The position numbers and the translations under genes are program-made. The notes below the pieces were generated by a model. The model saw only the letters and a list, made by a program, of their open reading frames with translations, ran no database searches and was not told the DNA's origin. From an uncultured bacterium (GTDB lineage: Bacteria > Auribacterota > Erginobacteria > Erginobacterales > Erginobacteraceae): a stretch of DNA of 64,000 nt. Shown piece by piece: positions 59,013 to 64,000 of the stretch; position 1 is the stretch's first letter, and the number at the start of each line of letters is the position of its first letter. The DNA lies in the NCBI GenBank assembly GCA_963822585.1, contig CAWGIE010000039.1:1-64000 (forward strand). Direction: 5' to 3'.

Positions 59013-62000
59013 ATGAAATTTATCCTCCGCATAACCGGGATTCTGACCGTATATCTCGCGGCCGGCGGAGCTGTCTTCGGAGAAGATATCCTTCCTTTCG
59101 AACCGGGCGATACACTGGATGATATTCGCTATAAAATAGATCATAACGGGTATAGCTTCACCGTCTCCGATAACTGGGTCTACCGTATGCCCAGGAGAGA
59201 AGGAGCGTTTCTTCAGTCGCCGGGCTCCCGTTTTCCCCCCGGGCGCTGGCGGACGGCGCCGGGATCGGACCCCTGGGCAGCCGCATGGAGTCGGTCGATC
59301 TCCCGGAGAAGTTCGACTGGCGAAAATATAACGGGCACGCCTATATCGGGGATATCCGGAACCAGGGGGACTGCGGCTCCTGTTATTCCTTCGCCGCCTG
59401 TGCCGCCGCGGAGGGCACCTACAACTACGCCCTGGGATTGTATGACGGGAATTGCGCGGATTTCTCGGAATCCTACATCATCTGGTGCCTGGGGAGGTTT
59501 CCCGCTTACAGCGATCATTTCTTCGGCTGCGACGGCGGGGATTACGACTACTATGAACCGACCGCCCTTTGCACCGAAGGGGTCGGCCTTGAGTCCGACT
59601 TCCCCTATCAGGAGACCGACCCCGGCTCCTGCACTCACTGGGGCGATCAGACAGTCGCCTTCCAGGAGTGGCATCGGATAACCTGCGGCGACATCGCTGC
59701 CATCAAGACCGCGATCATGACCTACGGCGTGGTCGACGCGGCGGTCTATGTCGAGGCGGCATTTCAGGCCTACAGCGGCGGTGTTTATGAGGACACCAAC
59801 ACCTCCTGCAGCGATTCCCCTTGCTACTACACTCCCACCAATCACGCCATCTCCCTGGTCGGCTGGGACGATACCCCGCCCGAAGGCGGGGGCGGCGTCT
59901 GGATCCTCCGCAACTCCTGGGGAGATACCTGGGGAGAATCGGGCTATATGCGAATCCGCTACACCTCCGCCTGTGTCGCCTGTGAAGTCTGCTACCTGGT
60001 CTATCAGTCCCCGGCCCCGCCGGCGACCCCGAGTCCGCCGGGGCCCTCCCCCACACCAACACCAGCCATCTGCACCCGGATCGACGAAGGGTTCGACGGG
60101 TTCGAGACCGGGACACGGCCGGCCGGCTGGACTTTCACCAACTGCAACCTGAACAGCGACACCTATACCGCCGCCGGGTCTTACGGCCGGCTCTCCCCCT
60201 CGATCAAGCTGGACGCCACCGGCGACGCGATCGAGACCGCGGCCTTCTCCGGGGGCGAGTGGTTACAGTTCTGGGTCAAGGGACAGGGGACCGACGTTTC
60301 CAGCACTCTCCTGGTGGAGGAGTATTACCTCGGCGGGTCCTGGACCGCGGTCACCGACGTCAGCTCGCTGCCCGCTTCGGGGACCACCCTGGGGACGTTC
60401 GGACTGCTGCCGGGGACAACGCGGGTCCGGTTCACCTATACCAAGTCGGCCGGCGAAGTGGCCTTCGACGACGTCCTGATCAAGTGCCTGATCACCCCGA
60501 CACCGGGCCCCGCCACACCCACGCCGGCACGCCGCAAGCTATAACACCGACACCGGTCACAACCCCGACACCGCCCGTTACAACGCCCACGCCGCCGGTT
60601 ACAACACCGACACCGCCAGTTACCACACCCACACCACCGGTTACAACACCGACACCGCCCATAACCACTCCCACGCCTCCGGCGATCACCCCGACGCCGT
60701 CTCCGGCGGTCTGCACCCGGATCGACGAGGGGTTCGACGGGTTCGAGACCGGGACACGGCCGGCCGGCTGGACCTTCACCAACTGCAACCTGGACAGCGA
60801 CACCTACACCGCCGCCGGGTCTTACGGCCGGCTCTCCCCCTCGATCAAGCTGGACGCCACCGGCGACGCGATCGAGACCGCGGCCTTCTCCGGGGGCGAG
60901 TGGTTACAGTTCTGGGTCCGGGGCCAGGGGACCGACGTTTCCAGCACTCTCCTGGTGGAGGAGTATTACCTCGGCGGGTCCTGGACCGCGGTCACCGACG
61001 TCAGCTCGCTGCCCGCTTCGGGGACCACCCTGGGGACGTTCGGACTGCTGCCGGGGACAACGCGGGTCCGGTTCACCTACACCAAGTCGGCCGGCGAAGT
61101 GGCTTTCGACGACGTCCTGATCAAGTGCCTGATCACCCCGACGCCAGGACCCGCCACGCCAACGCCGACGCCGCAAGGTATAACGCCGACGGTCACAACA
61201 CCGACGCCGCCCTTTACAACACCCACTCCGCCGGTTACTACACCAACACCGCCAGTTACCACACCCACGCCTCCGTCGACAACACCGACACCGCCCGTGA
61301 CCACTCCCACGCCTCCGGCGATCACGCCGACGCCGTCGCCGGCGGTCTGCACCCGGATCGACGAGGGGTTCGACGGGTTCGAGACCGGGACACGGCCGGC
61401 CGGCTGGACCTTCACCAACTGCAATCTGGACAGCGACACCTACACCGCCGCCGGGTCTTACGGCCGGCTCTCCCCCTCGATCAAGCTGGACGCCACCGGC
61501 GACGCGATCGAGACCGCGGCCTTCTCCGGGGGCGAGTGGTTACAGTTCTGGGTCCGGGGCCAGGGGACCGACGTTTCCAGCAGCCTCCTGGTGGAGGAGT
61601 ATTACCTCGGCGGGTCCTGGACCGCGGTCACCGACGTCAGCTCGCTGCCCGCTTCGGGGACCACCCTGGGGACGTTCGGACTGCTGCCGGGGACGACGCG
61701 GGTCCGGTTCACCTACACCAAGTCGGCGGGCGAGGTGGCCTTCGACGACGTCCTGATCAAGTGCCTGATCACCCCGACACCGGGCCCCGCCACACCGACG
61801 CCGGAGGTAACAACACCGACTCCTCCAGTCACAACACCCACACCGACCGGTTACCACCCCACGCCGCCGGTTGCTACACCAACACCGCCAGTTACCACAC
61901 CCACGCCTCCGTCTACAACACCAACACCACCCGTGACCACGCCCACGCCTCCGGCGATCACCCCGACGCCGTCTCCGGCGGTCTGCACCCGGATCGACGA

Positions 62001-64000
62001 AGGGTTCGACGGGTTCGAGACCGGGACACGGCCGGCCGGCTGGACCTTCACCAACTGCAATCTGAACAGCGACACCTACACCGCCGCCGGGTCTTACGGC
62101 CGGCTCTCCCCCTCGATCAAGCTGGACGCCACCGGCGACGCGATCGAGACCGCGGCCTTCTCCGGGGGCGAGTGGTTACAGTTCTGGGTCCGGGGCCAGG
62201 GGACCGACGTTTCCAGCACTCTCCTGGTGGAGGAGTATTACCTCGGCGGGTCCTGGACCGCGGTCACCGACGTCAGCTCGCTGCCCGCTTCGGGGACCAC
62301 CCTGGGGACGTTCGGGTTGCTGCCGGGAACGACGCGGGTCCGGTTCACGTACACCAAATCGGCCGGCGACGTGGCCTTCGACGACGTCCTGATCAAGTGC
62401 CTGATCACCCCGACGCCAGGACCCGCCACGCCAACGCCGGAGGTAACAACACCGACACCTCCAGTTACCACACCCACGCCACCGGTCACAACCCCGACGC
62501 CGCCGGCAACGACACCGACACCGCCAGTTACCACACCCACACCACCGGTTACAACACCGACACCGCCCGTGACCACTCCCACGCCTCCGGCGATCACGCC
62601 GACGCCGTCGCCGGCGGTCTGCACCCGGATCGACGAAGGGTTCGACGGGTTCGAGACCGGGACACGGCCGGCCGGCTGGACCTTCACCAACTGCAATCTG
62701 AACAGCGACACCTACACCGCCGCCGGGTCTTACGGCCGTCTCTCCCCCTCGATCAAGCTGGACGCCACCGGCGACGCGATCGAGACCGCGGCCTTCTCCG
62801 GGGGCGAGTGGTTACAGTTCTGGGTCCGGGGCCAGGGGACCGACGTTTCCAGCACTCTCCTGGTGGAGGAGTATTACCTCGGCGGGTCCTGGACCGCGGT
62901 CACCGACGTCAGCTCGCTGCCCGCTTCGGGGACCACCCTGGGGACGTTCGGACTGCTGCCGGGGACGACGCAGGTCCGGTTCACCTACACCAAGTCGGCG
63001 GGTGACGTGGCCTTCGACGACGTCCTGATCAAGTGTCTGATCACCCCGACACCCGGCCCCGCCACACCGACGCCGACAACGACACCGACACCTCCAGTTA
63101 CCACACCCACACCACCGGTCACAACCCCGACGCCGCCGGCAACGACACCGACACCGCCAGTTACCACACCCACACCACCGGTTACAACACCGACACCGCC
63201 CGTGACCACTCCCACGCTTCCGGCGATCACCCCGACGCCGTCTCCGGCGGTCTGCACCCGGATCGACGAGGGGTTCGACGGGTTCGAGACCGGGACACGG
63301 CCGGCCGGCTGGACCTTCACCAACTGCAATCTGGACAGCGACACCTACACCGCCGCCGGGTCTTACGGCCGGCTCTCCCCCTCGATCAAGCTGGACGCCA
63401 CCGGCGACGCGATCGAGACCGCGGCCTTCTCCGGGGGCGAGTGGTTACAGTTCTGGGTCCGGGGCCAGGGGACCGACGTTTCCAGCACTCTCCTGGTGGA
63501 GGAGTATTACCTCGGCGGGTCCTGGACCGCGGTCACCGACGTCAGCTCGCTGCCCGCTTCGGGGACCACCCTGGGGACGTTCGGGTTGCTGCCGGGGACG
63601 ACGCGGGTCCGGTTCACCTACACCAAGTCGGCGGGTGAGGTGGCCTTCGACGACGTCCTGATCAAGTGTCTGATCACCCCGACACCCGGCCCCGCCACAC
63701 CGACGCCGACAACGACACCGACACCTCCAGTTACCACACCCACGCCACCGGTCACAACCCCGACGCCGCCGGCAACGACACCGACACCGCCAGTTACCAC
63801 ACCCACACCACCGGTTACAACACCGACACCGCCCGTGACCACTCCCACGCCTCCGGCGATCACCCCGACGCCGTCTCCGGCGGTCTGCACCCGGATCGAC
63901 GAGGGGTTCGACGGGTTCGAGACCGGGACACGGCCGGCCGGCTGGACCTTCACCAACTGCAACCTGGACAGCGACACCTACACCGCCGCCGGGTCTTACG
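59013..64000 (+). CDS. Secreted C1A cysteine protease paralog followed by at least 6 tandem 139-aa beta-sandwich domains on Pro/Thr linkers; frameshifts near 59190 and 60520; runs off the window
   Basis: QGDCGSCYSF, NHAI and RNSWG motifs; closely similar to the 52272 protease; repeat domain CTRIDEGF...PAGW...FDDVLIKC. Confidence 0.85.
60071..64000 (+). repeat. Intragenic tandem array, ~635-bp period
   Basis: Units start at 60071, 60712, 61348, 61984, 62620, 63253 and 63886 (partial); periods 641, 636, 636, 636, 633, 633 bp. Confidence 0.95.

Noticed and set aside
52272..60010. Diversity-generating retroelement template/variable repeat pair
   Set aside because: Differences between the paralogs are not adenine-specific, and no reverse transcriptase is in the window.
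53310..60540. Cluster of pseudogenes or programmed frameshifting in the secreted-protein genes
   Set aside because: Dense single-base indels, often in homopolymers, with motifs intact on both sides and confined to paralogous repetitive DNA. Best explained by poorly polished consensus; needs read data.
60900..63977. Long His/Arg-rich plus-strand ORFs and GGVGVVT minus-strand ORFs in the track
   Set aside because: Off-frame and antisense shadows of the Pro/Thr and repeat-domain frame.
60071..64000. CRISPR-like or non-coding repeat array
   Set aside because: The period is ~635 bp, mostly a multiple of 3, and the units encode protein domains; no cas genes.

Overview
Bacterial chromosomal window (GC-rich genes, AT-rich spacers). 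Gene content suggests a diderm, probably PVC-related uncultured lineage (inference from RNase HIII, tandem pilT, tandem CNNM genes and a BMC-P triplet). 1-52 kb is mostly minus-strand housekeeping and nutrient-salvage genes: TRAP transporter, xerC, dprA, cstA, ade, mtnP, dut, HIT, rnhC, sppA, glyA, tsaC, yggS and pilT x2. It also holds an envelope cluster (ArnT-like GT-C, alginate-export-type porin, TPR protein, divergent STT3-like GT-C), an unusual DnaE-derived PHP+thumb+TPR protein, and a partial sugar-phosphate microcompartment locus (deoC and rpiB with encapsulation-peptide-like N-termini, three EutN/CcmL genes, FAD oxidoreductase). 52-64 kb encodes three large secreted modular proteins with many frameshifts, probably consensus errors: two papain-like proteases and a beta-propeller protein. 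The last carries at least 6 near-identical 139-aa domains on Pro/Thr linkers. Three secreted proteins in the window end in the same six-repeat module. Almost every intergenic spacer is built from nested palindromes and short-unit tandem repeats. One family has fixed flanks around a core bounded by inverted repeats; that core is inverted in one copy and replaced in another. No rRNA, tRNA, CRISPR array or transposase was recognised. All calls come from reading motifs by eye; no searches were run.
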